From contig OZ024743.1 of NCBI GenBank assembly GCA_964016885.1, positions 364,188,001-364,252,000 of the forward strand: a stretch of 64,000 nt of DNA, read 5' to 3'. The DNA comes from Eledone cirrhosa (lineage: Eukaryota). The position numbers were made by a program, and so were the translations under genes. Shown here one piece after another: positions 1 to 11,884 of the stretch. Below the pieces are notes generated by a model, which saw only the letters and a program-made list of their open reading frames with translations, was not told the origin of the DNA and did no database searches. Numbering within the stretch: position 1 is the first letter of the stretch; every line of letters begins with the position of its first letter.

Positions 1-210
1 TGGCAATATTGGTAGAGCGTCGAACAACATGCTTCGTGGCATAGAATTACGCCCCTTTACGTTCTGAGCTCAAATCTCACCGAGGTTAGCTTTGCCTTTC
101 ATCCTTACAAGGTCGATAAAATAAAGTACCAGCAACACACTGGAGTCGATTTAATCGACTTCCCCCTCCCCCAGAATTGCTGGCTTTGTGCCTAAAGTAG
201 AAACAATTAT
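1..210 (+). mobile_element. tRNA-derived SINE (abundant family in this window), 5' end at window edge
   Basis: Box-B-like GAGCTCAAATCTC, conserved core TTTGCCTTTCATCC...GTCGATAAAATAAAGTACCAG and tail TTTGTGCCTAAAGTAGAAACAATTAT shared with copies at 10148, 10348, 19177, 54060, 58195, 59150. Confidence 0.85.
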
Positions 211-414
211 CGTTATCATCATTATGGCTTATATTGGCACAATAGCAGAATTTTGTGGGGAGTAAACAGTCTATTATGTAGGTCCCAATACTTATCTGAT
301 ACTTTAGTTAATCCATTAATCATTTAAACCATATCGAAATAATTATTTAACCATGGGCTGCTCTTTTTCCTTGTTAAACAATGTTAAAGCTAGCTCCACT
401 CCAATACACTAACC

Positions 415-600
415 ACGAGGCATATCGACTAGTAGTTGGAGTGTTGAGATCGATTTCTGGCCCGGGCAATGAGTACCAGCAGCAGTTAGAAGTTAACCTC
501 ACAATCGACTGGTGTCCCGTTCATAGAGAAGGTTTATACACTTAGTTGCTTCATGCCTCATGAAGAGACGACCTGATGAGCCTTTAGGCTTGAAACAAAT
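415..600 (+). mobile_element. degenerate SINE of a second family
   Basis: AATGAGTACC...GACTGGTGTCCCG...GTTGCTTCATGC...CTGATGAGCC resembles widespread invertebrate tRNA-SINE central/tail domains. Confidence 0.4.
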
Positions 601-764
601 TTTGACATTTAACTCCAGATCAACTCTGCTCGAGCAAATCTAAGATCAAAGACGCTTTAATCATGTCAACTTCATCCTTCCCTCCGCTTTCCAGTATCTA
701 GCATCACATTATCCATTGCTACTATCCTACGTTTTTATGGCGGCGGTGTGTAATTTGCACTAAC

Positions 765-1785
765 TCTTGAGCCACTACTGAATAAGTTAGAGGCGCTGAG
801 AAGCATCCCCCGCGAACTAGGACGCATCACTGTAGCGGTGTCGTGCCCCAATCTTATCGAGTTGATCGGCACTGTTCTAAGGGAATACGAGATGGTGTCG
901 AGAGCAAGAGTTAACCATCAAATGTCAGTGAACCTGTGGCTCGGCACCTGGAGAGGCTGGTCCAAACCATCCAACAGCGTCGTTCGGCGCTAGATGGATG
1001 GGCCGGCTAAGCTGCTTGGAATCTGGTTTGGTCCAGATCTCCAAGTGGACAAAAACTGGGATGAAGTAACGAGCAGGATGGTAACTTTCATCCAGAAATG
1101 AGCTGAGACGGAGCTGTCACTGAAAGGTTGGTCAGAGATGCCGAATGCGTATATTGCTTCCACCATCTACTACTACATGACCGTCATACCTTGTGCTGAT
1201 GCGCGCCTGACTGCATTAGACCACCAACTCTTTCACTTTTTCTGGAAGGGGCGGTTCCAAAGGTCAGGTAGTCCAACTGCTGCCAACACCCGCTGCGTAG
1301 AAGGCTGGGCTTTCCGTGACTGATGATGCGCAGGTACGCGCTGAAACTGCAGTACCTGCAGTGTTTGCTTGCCGGTGAACAGCACGTGTTTCCCCAGCTC
1401 GCTTCACTTGAAAAGAAAAGTGGGAGTGGGGAGGGATGTACTGCCTTCCAGCTAATTTGTTAAAGGTGGATGAAAGTGACAAGCATGGTCCGAATGAAGG
1501 AGCCTGCTCTGAGTATGCACCTGTAGACTGGCGGAGTACACCTGGGAGAAGGCACTTAGCTTAGTGGTCAGAGTAGCCATGATTTGTTTTATATTCTTCC
1601 ATGAGTAGTCTTCGGAAGTCTGCCCCCTTATTTAGGAATTTTCCTTTATTTATTTTATTGTTACCTATTTCGTTTTTATTTTCGTTATTTCCCTTTTTAC
1701 ACATTTTCACATAAACCAACATTGTGTTGTTCTGTCCCGTCCTCGGTTTTTATGTAAAGCCTTGTAGTTAATAAAGAAATCATGA
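765..1785 (+). mobile_element. degenerate 3' fragment of Tx1/L1-clade non-LTR retrotransposon
   Basis: Homologous by eye to the 3' part of ORF2 and 3' UTR of the 40146-46096 copy (NAYIASTIYYYMTVIPC peptide); ends CCTTGTAGTTAATAAAGAAATCATGATT. Confidence 0.85.
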
Positions 1786-3909
1786 TTCTTTTCAGTAGTC
1801 CTGTTTTTATTGCGTGCTTTCAGTACACAATTGAGCGCAACTTGCAGTCTGTGTGCAAGGGCTTAGTAATGCTATTTTCGGTATAGTGGATTATTTTAAA
1901 GTCTTGAGGTTTTTGGTTATGTATTAATCTTAATGTTTTCTTATTATTTCTACAACACCTATTATCATAGGGACTGTTTCTCTTTCCCCCAGATTCAGGT
2001 TATCTTTATTTCGAGATTTTTTAATTTTGATAATTTCTTTATTTCTTTGGAAGATACATCATTATTCAGTGGGACTGATACTTCCATTAGAGGACATTCC
2101 TTTCCTGGTGGTCTTTCAAATGCGATGGATGGCCAAATCAATGAAGCAGAACATGGTTTGCAGTCTTTCATTAAATCCCTTTACATTTTGATCTCAATAT
2201 TTTTATACTGGTTAGTCAGCGGAGGAGGGTAAAGCCCATGACCCTTACCAAGCTTTCTGAGACTTGTGGAAGAGGGGAAGGTGGTACCCAGGGACTTGAC
2301 CCGAATATTTACAACAGATTGGACCCCACTAAAACACCCATAGTCTACTTTCCTACCATCCTTCTGTGAGCGACAAAAGTAAGTATCAATGAAATTCTGA
2401 GATTGATTTAATCAACTGTACCCACTCAAATATGTGTAACTTTGTGCCAACGTCATAAAATACTATTATCATTGTTGTTGTTGTTACTATTATTTTTAAC
2501 ACTGTCGCTCCACCGAAGACTAGGTTTTTAGAATAACATGGTACCAATTCAAGGTAATACAGTCGGTTAATTCTTCGCATTAAAACAAAGGTTTACAACC
2601 TTTCCACTACCAAGAACACTATTTATTTCAATGAATTGTGAAAGGCGTGTTTATTTAACCAGCACGTTAACCACCTTTACTACTCTTGCGGACCTCCAGT
2701 TATCCGTGGACCACGGATTAGAAACAGCTGATATAGTAACGTGCTTTTACTACACTTAAACACTCATGGAATTAAAATCAGTTATCTTATTTTTAATACC
2801 GGAATGTTGGAGATGTGTTCACTCTCTCAACTTAACCATTTCTCACGAGCCAATGAGGGCATGTCTTTGTCGTTGCTTGGCCTGCTAGAAATGGCAGTTA
2901 AATCTTATTCAAATCACACAGTTATCGTCTTAAAAAAGGGGAAGTAGATATTGGATGATGTAGCTCTATATACACTGTATACACTAAGACCGTATGGCCA
3001 TAGTGAGAACACGATCTATGATAGGTCTGCTCGATCAGGGATGACAAGAGACTAAACAACAACCCATTGGAAACATATAGAACAAAACCAGCAATAAAAA
3101 GAACAGTTATATAAATTCACTATCCTTAGGACCCCAATTCTAATGGAGTCGTAGAGGCGTTATCGTGATATAAATTTTAAGGGACCACATCCCTCTGAGC
3201 TTGGCCGATTTCTTCTAGAGAAAATGTGGAAACTGGACTGTTACTATTTATCAACTTCGAAATGACGAAAACCAAAATTGACCTGACCAGTATTTGAACT
3301 CTGGGTACAGAGAATCGGGATTGTGTCCGATGCATTAATGACTATGCCAATTGGTTGCCATGTATTCATTATATGAACAAACAGTTCTTGAAAATGAAGT
3401 GCAATGGAATGATTAAAACGTGTGACCGTCGGTTCTCCAGTATGACCCTAGCCGCGATGGTTGGAATAATCCAAGTGACTAAAGGACTTATAAGAGAACC
3501 ACTAGTTTACTTTGGAGTTCCGTGTTCTACTTTGGCTGTCTAAATGTCCTACACCATTTAATTACGTCCTTTTTCGTTCTAGATTCAGATTCCACAAACC
3601 TTGACTTTGCTTTTCATCTCTTTACTGTCCATAAAATAAGTACCAGTAATGTGCTGAAAGTATTAATTCAGACCATTATGTCTGTTGCCTACATGTTTGT
3701 GGCCTGATGCTAGGAAATTATTCGGGCCACCGTATCTCTTGTGAGACCGTGAATCTGCACGTGAAGATTTCCTCTCCAATGCGGAGGCAATGGAAAGATG
3801 TTTGTGTAAACCCAGCAGTCACCCATGCATACAAGTACTCTCCTCACCACGTGGCTGATGTTATCAAAGAAAAAGCCCATACTGTTGGTTACAAGTGACT
3901 ATACAGGTA

Positions 3910-4115
3910 AACTCAGAACGCAAAAGACCGAAAGGCATTACGTCCGGCACTTTAACAATTCTGCCAATCCATCACTCTTCGACTTATACTTGATTTATCG
4001 ACCCCGAAATGATGGAAAACAAAGTTGACTTCGGCGAGATTTGAACAGAGAACCAGAACAAATATCGTGAGGCATATAATCCAGCACCCTAAAGAATCTG
4101 CCAAATTGCTGCTTT
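3910..4115 (-). mobile_element. degenerate SINE remnants
   Basis: TTTATCGACCCC...AAAGTTGACTTCGGCGAGATTTGAAC is the reverse complement of the SINE core; a + strand remnant is also at ~3545-3720. Confidence 0.6.
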
Positions 4116-4237
4116 GTTAGAAATTATTATCATTATTATTTAGGAATGTTGATAATTCTGAAGAAAATAATTTACTATTCTATCAAAGCACCAGGTATTG
4201 TAGGGGGTATAATTTTTATCTGATCATTTGGCGAACG

Positions 4238-4433
4238 ATATATATATATATATATACACCCACACATATATATATATGTATACATATACACACACACATA
4301 TATACACATATATACACACACACACACACACACATATATACACATATATACACACACACACATATATACACATATATACACACACACATATATATACACA
4401 TATATACACACACACATATATATACACATATAT

Positions 4434-4476
<43 letters not shown>

Positions 4477-4515
4477 TACACACACACACACATATATATA
4501 TATATACACATATAT

Positions 4516-4546
<31 letters not shown>

Positions 4547-4555
4547 CACATATAT

Positions 4556-4586
<31 letters not shown>

Positions 4587-4595
4587 CACATATAT

Positions 4596-4650
<55 letters not shown>

Positions 4651-4651
4651 T

Positions 4652-4706
<55 letters not shown>

Positions 4707-4707
4707 T

Positions 4708-4758
<51 letters not shown>

Positions 4759-4759
4759 T

Positions 4760-4808
<49 letters not shown>

Positions 4809-4823
4809 TACACACACACACAC

Positions 4824-4860
<37 letters not shown>

Positions 4861-4953
4861 CACAAATATACACACACACACAAATATATATATTTATATA
4901 TATATATACACATATACACATACACACAAATATATACACATACACACACACAC

Positions 4954-5002
<49 letters not shown>

Positions 5003-5144
5003 ACAGAAATATATATATATATATATATATATACATACACATATATATACACACACACACATATATACACACACACATATATATATATATGCACACACAC
5101 ACACATATATATATACACACACACATATATACACACACACATAT

Positions 5145-5177
<33 letters not shown>

Positions 5178-5250
5178 CACACATATATATATATATACAC
5201 ACACATATATATATATACACACACATATATATATACACACACATATATAT

Positions 5251-5331
<81 letters not shown>
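4238..5331. repeat. 1.1-kb compound (TA)n/(CA)n microsatellite array
   Basis: Direct reading; recurring higher-order unit (CA)n(TA)m-CACA-TATA. Confidence 0.97.
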
Positions 5332-5332
<1 letters not shown>

Positions 5333-5401
5333 GTAGGTCCCGGGTTGAGTCGGGGATAACCACAGTAAGTAAGGTACTCAATACATGGCAGAGTAAAAAA
5401 A

Positions 5402-5482
5402 ATTTTATTTTATAGAAGGAGCTTCTACAGGACTGAATGAAACAGTACTAGTCCTGTAGAAGCTCCTTCTATAAAATAAAAT
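5402..5482. repeat. perfect 33-bp inverted repeat with 15-nt loop
   Basis: ATTTTATTTTATAGAAGGAGCTTCTACAGGACT (5402-5434) and its exact reverse complement (5450-5482). Confidence 0.95.
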
Positions 5483-5485
5483 AAA

Positions 5486-5529
<44 letters not shown>

Positions 5530-6993
5530 TACAGAGAGAGAGAGATTGGGAATTACCAGTTTAGATTAGTAAGACCATTGTTTAGTTAAATACTCGATAT
5601 ATTCTTTTATATGTTTCAGTCAATAGACGCAGCCATATATTAAAGTTAGTGTTGACTTTTAAAATTATAAATAGCAACACAAATATAGTGTTTTTGTGAA
5701 GGTACTCAATACTGATCGTTCAGTCAAATTTATTATACATTCTGAAACACCGAGTTTTGAAAGGCTGGACTACTAAACTGCATTACTCGGAGTCATAAGT
5801 AATCCATGATATATATATAAGGAAGAGAGAGATAGAGACACAGAAGGTGGGGGAGATGTTCCTATTCTCATTTACTGGTTTCAATCATTGGACTGTAACT
5901 ATACTGAGGTACCTTATATTTTCTTAAAATGTTATTCAACCAACTGTTTGTAGAAATAGGATATTCGTACATGTATATTTGTAAACATTTTGTATAAATG
6001 TGTTTCTCTTGTAATATTAAACTATGTCCAAAAGATATATGAAATGTCCATAAAGACCTACTGCAATATTTATCCTCACATACAAGATCAGTTTTATCAA
6101 TCCAGCAGTAAATATAGAACAATAACATTAAGAGTAGCAATAACAGTAACATTGTTTACCTTGTTTAACTGGCTTTGTTTTTAAACAGACGTGCAACGTA
6201 CAATGATTAAAAGCTCCTCTTGCCTTGATTTCTGAGTCGTTTAGGCAACGTTCCAGAAAGTACTAATCCTTTTGTTCAACGGGACGAGATGATGTACTGT
6301 GCCAAATTATATTTGCTCATTTGGCGCTTGGATTTTATAGTTACACATATATATATATATAGTTCTGGTTTCTAGCTATAACTAACTAGCCTGTGTCCGA
6401 TAAGACGTCTAATCTAAGAAATATACATTCACATTGAAAATATACAAATACGTGTGTGAGGAAGATAAACTGATTTATCAGTTGGACGCCTTCTTATCGT
6501 CAACCAATCAGAGCGCTGTTTAGAAAGGCTCACAAGCAATCGAATTGACCGTGCCAATCATTTATCTAATGTACGATAACACACACACACGTACACACAC
6601 ACGCACACACACAGATACTCACACACACACACGCGCATACACATACACAAAGACACACACACTTAAACATAAACGTATAATACATATAGACAATAGTGAT
6701 TTGACAAAAATCAATGCACGTATATTCGCATTAATGCACAGACAAAAAACTTCCACGAACGCACGCATACACAGGCACATTCATACACGCACAGACGCTA
6801 ACACATCCATACATGTACATACACACAAATGCAGTATAGCTGTATACAGACCGCTGCAACGTTGTGAAATGAATCGCTGATTACACCACATCACAGAATG
6901 AACAATAATAAATGATCCTGCTGATTTCACTTAAATACCATCTTAAACGTATTTTAAATCACTCTCTCTCTCTCTCTCTCCTTCCCTCTCTCC

Positions 6994-7050
<57 letters not shown>

Positions 7051-7210
7051 ACACTCACACATACATATATTTATAAATATACATATATTTATATACATAT
7101 ATATATATATATACATACACACACATACACACATATATATATATTTATATACATACACACGCATATATATGTATACGTGTATATATATATATGTGTGTGT
7201 GTGTGCGTGT

Positions 7211-9309
7211 GACTGGGGAGCTTTCAAGGAAGATGATAAGCTACAGGAGAGGTACACAGTAGAAGTGAGGAACAGGTTCAGTGCTCTGTGTGGAGAGGCA
7301 GAGGAGAGAGAGATTGGAGGGACTGAGGAGAGTGTGACGAGGAGGTACGGGCACTTCACCAATGCAGTGGCGGAAGCAAGTGAGACCCTGGTGCCGAGGA
7401 GAGAGAAGAAGAGGAAGCACATCAGCTCTGTAGACCCTAAAGTGTGTGCAGCCAGAGAACACCTGAAAGCTGCCAAGGATCAATTCTATGATGATCCTAC
7501 GGAGGAGAGGATGGAGACTATGGAGGTGATGAGGGAAGAACTCTGTACCGCTTACACTGAGGCCAGAGAGGAGGCACTGATAGAGAAGATCAGAAGTGTG
7601 GAGAGAGCGGTTGACAGGTATGGGTGTAAGGAGAGCTGGATGATCAGCAACGAGATCACAGAGAGGAAGAGAGGGAGTTCGAATCAGATCCAGAGAACAG
7701 GGCCCGAGGATAGGAAGGTGAAATGGCTAGACCATTTTAGGACCCTACTGGGATAGCCACCCTCCACAGCCCAGAACACTGGGGAGATCAGATAGCTGTT
7801 TTAGGAACTGGATATTGAGACAAGACCCTTCACCAGAGCGGAGCTTCAAAGAGCCAAGAAGCAGATCAAGGAGGGCAAGGCTCATGGAGAAGATGGAGTG
7901 GCATCAGAGGTGATGAAGGGGTGTGATTTTGATGATATCATCCTGGGGTTCAGTAACCAAGCACTGGAGAAAGGAGTTGCCCCGCATTTAGTGGAGAATC
8001 AGTAACATCGTCCCAAAGAAGGGAGATCTCTATAATACCAACAACTACAGGGGGATTTCACTGACGTCACTTGTGGCAAAGACCCTCAACAGGATGATTC
8101 TTAACAGGATCCAGCCTGAGATGGAGAAGAAGCTCAGGGACAACCAGAACGGCTTCAGAGATGGAAGATCAACCACCAGTCACATCCTGATGCTGAGGAG
8201 GATAGTAGAGGGAGCTAGAGCAAAGAGCCTTCCTGCTGCTGTTATGGTTTTCATTGACTTTAGGAAGGCCTTTGATTCTGTGGACCGTTACTGCCTGATG
8301 AAGATCTTACAGGCTTATTGAATTCCCAAGAAGATAGTGGACCTGATATCACTGCTCTACACCAATACCAAAGCCCATGTCATTACACCTGATGAGATGA
8401 CGGAGTTCTTTGAGATACTAGCTGGAGTGCTCCAGGGAGATACATTGGCTCCCTACCTTTTTATCGTCGCAGTGGACTATTGTATGCGCCTTGCGCTGGA
8501 GAAACACCAGGACTCTGGCTTTACTGTAACACTGGCTCAGAGCAGGAGAGTTAAGGCGAAAAAGATATCAGATGCTGAATTTGCTGACGACATAGTTCTG
8601 GTGATAAACACAGTGAAGGGGGAAAAGGAGTTAATGCAGGAGGTGGAGACTATGTCGATGAGTGTGGGGATGAGAATGAATGAGATTAAGACGAAGTATC
8701 TGGTAGAGAATATGAAGAAGCCAGAAAAGATTATGAATGTAGACGGGAAGCCGCTAGAATTGGTTGAGGACTTCCTGTATCTGGGAGCAAAGATTGGAAA
8801 CACAGAGGATGATGTGGTGGAGAGAAAGAGAAAAGCCTGGGCGGCGTGTCACAGTTTGAGATCGGTGTAGAAGTCGCACCTTCGTAAAGCCCTGAAGATC
8901 CGTCTCTTCGTTGCTACAGTGGAGTCTGTGCTGCTGTACGGATCTGAGACTTGGACACTGACCAAGAGACTCACTCAGATGGTGGATGGGTGCTATACGA
9001 GAATGCTGAGGATGGCTCTGAACATTAATCAGTATACACTGAGGGTGAAGAACTGTACGGGAGCCTCTCAAAAGTCAGCTCGAAAGTAACAGAGAGGAGA
9101 TTGATGTTAGCTGGACATGCTCACCGAGATCCAGAGTTGACATTGCACTCAGTGCTCCTGTGGGAGACTCTGCACGGACACACTAGAAGAGGGAAACCGA
9201 GGTTGACATATGTTGATGCCCTAAGGACAAACACCGGTCTCTTGGAGACGCAGGACATGGCAGCGATGATGAGGGACAGAGACCGCTGGAGAGAACTCGT
9301 CCATGGATC

Positions 9310-9310
<1 letters not shown>
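7211..9310 (+). mobile_element. 5'-truncated, frameshifted RTE-like non-LTR retrotransposon
   Basis: RT motifs NYRGISL, QNGFRDGRST, FIDFRKAFDSV, GVLQGDTLAPYLF, FADDI, FLYLG; C-terminal RRGKPRLTYVDAL...DRDRWR; starts in (GT)n and ends in (GA)n tail 9311-9349. Confidence 0.9.
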
Positions 9311-9352
<42 letters not shown>

Positions 9353-9481
9353 GTATATAGAGAGAAAGAGAGATTTAGCCTATACTGTCCATGGTCATTG
9401 TTTTAATTTACACACACACACACGGTGTGTTATCGTAAACATACAAGTGCTCAAACATCTATATATGTGTATTGTGTGTGT

Positions 9482-9552
<71 letters not shown>

Positions 9553-9729
9553 TGTTCGTTATGCGAGTATACATACATCCTACTTTTAATAATAGTGCCA
9601 TCCAAGTCATTACAGTTGTTTTGTCTAACAACATCTGATAATTTCTCATGATGATTCCATATTATATAGTAAGACCATTGTTCGGATAGTACTCGATACT
9701 TGAAGAGGTAGAGTGTAGGTATTGTAAAT

Positions 9730-9773
<44 letters not shown>

Positions 9774-10147
9774 AATATTTATAAGTCGTTTGGAAGCCTC
9801 GACAATGCAAATGGGTAAATCTCCGGGTAACAAGGTCCGGTGGTGGAGAGAGAGATATGTAAGTGGGTGTACGTTGAGATGCGTGGTGTTTATAAGATGT
9901 GTGAGATGTGTAGAATGAAGGGAAGAGTAAAAGAATAAAAATATATATATATATATATCAAGAAAGAAGAGTGACATGCTTTGCTATACAATAAGGGCTT
10001 TATTCAGTGGACTACCTATAACAATAATTTGTTATCCCGTACATATATATATATATAAATTATTTAGCCTGTCAAAATACGGCGATAGCTTACATTTATA
10101 ATAATTTCAAACTCGCTCGCTGATTCGAAAATATTATTACATATAGA

Positions 10148-10539
10148 GGGCGGTGGATTGGCAGTATAGGTAGAGGGTCGGACGCCATGCTTTCCAGCAT
10201 AGTTACGTCCCTTTACAATCCGAGTTCAAATCCCGCCGAGGTTGACTTTGCCTTTCATCCTTACGGGGTCGATAAAATAAAGTACCAGTAATGCACTGGA
10301 TAATTGCTGGCCTTGTGCCTAAAGTAGAAACAATTATTACATATAGAGGGCGGTGGATTGGCAGTATTGGTAGAGGGTCGGACGCCATGCTTTCCAGCAT
10401 AGTTACGTCCCTTTGCGGTCTGAGTTCAAATCCTGCCGAGGTTAACTTTGCCTTTCATCCTTACGGGGTCGATAAAATAAAGTACCAGTAATACACTGGG
10501 TAATTGATGACCTTGTGCCAAAAGTAGAAACAATTATTA
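10148..10539 (+). mobile_element. two SINE copies in exact 200-bp tandem
   Basis: Two near-identical units; ATTATTACATATA at 10133, 10333 and 10533. Confidence 0.92.
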
Positions 10540-10699
10540 CATATATATATATTTCTGGCACTTTTAATTGACCTACATAACTGTCATTCTGATACATCCT
10601 TGATATAGTTATAATAAGCTAACATGCCAAATCTTCTAAGCTTCGGGTCGCTACACCACTTTAAACACTAACCTTGATACACGTCTTGTCACAGCTAAC

Positions 10700-11255
10700 T
10701 GATTCCACAATGCAATCGTGACGTGAGAACAACTTGGGAACACAATATGCAATAACGTTTTGTGTCAAGTTCGGAAAAACGCTGCAGAAACCTATGAAAT
10801 GGTCAAAACTGCTTACGGACTGACTTTTATGAGCCGGGCGACTGTTTTCCTCTGGCACAAGAGGTTCCAGGAGGGCAGGGAGCGGGTGAAAGACGACAAG
10901 TGATGGTACAGAGATAGGTACATCAGGACGTCAAAGCTGGTTGACAAAATTCGTAAATTTCTGGACAAGGACCGTCGTGCATCTCTTCTGATGACTGCTA
11001 AACAATTTGAAGTGGCTGATGGCACTGAGCACAGAGTCATTCACGACGATCCAAACATGCACAAAGTTTGTGCAAAGTTTGTTCCTACGGTGTTCAATGA
11101 AGATCAAAGGCAGAGGCACATTGATGACAACAGGAAGATGGTCGAGTTGATCGCTTCGAGGCCAAGTGTCCTTGAGTCGCTGGTAACCTGTGACGAGAGC
11201 TGTGAAAATATTCTGACTCCCCAAGACCCAAGAAGGCCAGACAAAACATGACCCC
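10700..11255 (+). pseudogene. mariner transposase remnant (HTH and start of DDD domain)
   Basis: Fragments FCVKFGKT, MSRATVFLWHKRFQEGRERVKDD, MHKVCAKFVP, LESLVTCDES. Confidence 0.85.
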
Positions 11256-11409
11256 ATTTTTCGACAGCAAAGAGTGTATTATTATTTCTGACAATATTAT
11301 AACAATATTTTTTAAAGGAACGATCGACTTTCGTCAAATCGGACTGAGGGAACAATGTTTCCGTTGGTCTTTCCAATTGCTAATACTATCTATCGGTCGC
11401 AACTCGAGG

Positions 11410-11535
11410 TAGAAGGAGCAACGTGAAATAAAGTGTCTTGCTCAAGGACATAACGCATCACCTGGTCCAGGAATCGAACTCACAACCTTACGATTGCGAG
11501 TCCAATTCTCTAACCACTCAGCCACACGCCTTCAC
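11410..11535 (-). mobile_element. tRNA-derived SINE head and core (third family)
   Basis: Reverse complement reads GGCGTGTGGCTGAGTGGTTAGAG...GAGTTCGATTCCTGGACC...GTCCTTGAGCAAGACACTTTATTTCAC (A and B boxes). Confidence 0.8.
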
Positions 11536-11652
11536 TATGACCCTCCCCAAATATAACAATATAATATATAAACAAACAAACAGGGTGTGGTAAGATGCCA
11601 GGTGGACCATAACGCACCAGAGTACTCAATAGTGAGGGTAGTAGAGTCGATA

Positions 11653-11768
11653 ATAGGAAAAGTGTCAGGACCCCGACGGCTGAGCTCCGGCCGTTTCGAC
11701 AGCTAGATCCGAATCTAGCTGTCAAAACGTCCGGAGCTCAGCCGTCGGGATCCTGACTCTTTTCCTAT
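11653..11768. repeat. 56-bp inverted repeat (4 mismatches, 4-nt loop)
   Basis: Arms 11653-11708 and 11713-11768; followed by (TA)n. Confidence 0.93.
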
Positions 11769-11884
11769 ATATATATATATATGGGGGTGGGGTATTCGTG
11801 AATGAATAATAATAATATCATAATATTTTTAATATTCAGTTTGTTTGCAAGTAAACAGCCTCATAAACACCACGTGGTAGATGA

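Noticed and set aside
573-596. CTGATGAGCCTTTAGGCTTGAAAC hammerhead-like motif
   Set aside because: Extra bases before GAAA, no stem I or III pairing found; lies in a SINE tail.
4175-5415. Long ORFs of [12 protein letters not shown] (also 57019-57633, 20923-21253, 54954-55874)
   Set aside because: Translations of dinucleotide microsatellites that lack stop codons; not genes.
10148-10240. tRNA-like A/B boxes
   Set aside because: SINE head; no complete cloverleaf, and it continues into SINE body and tail.
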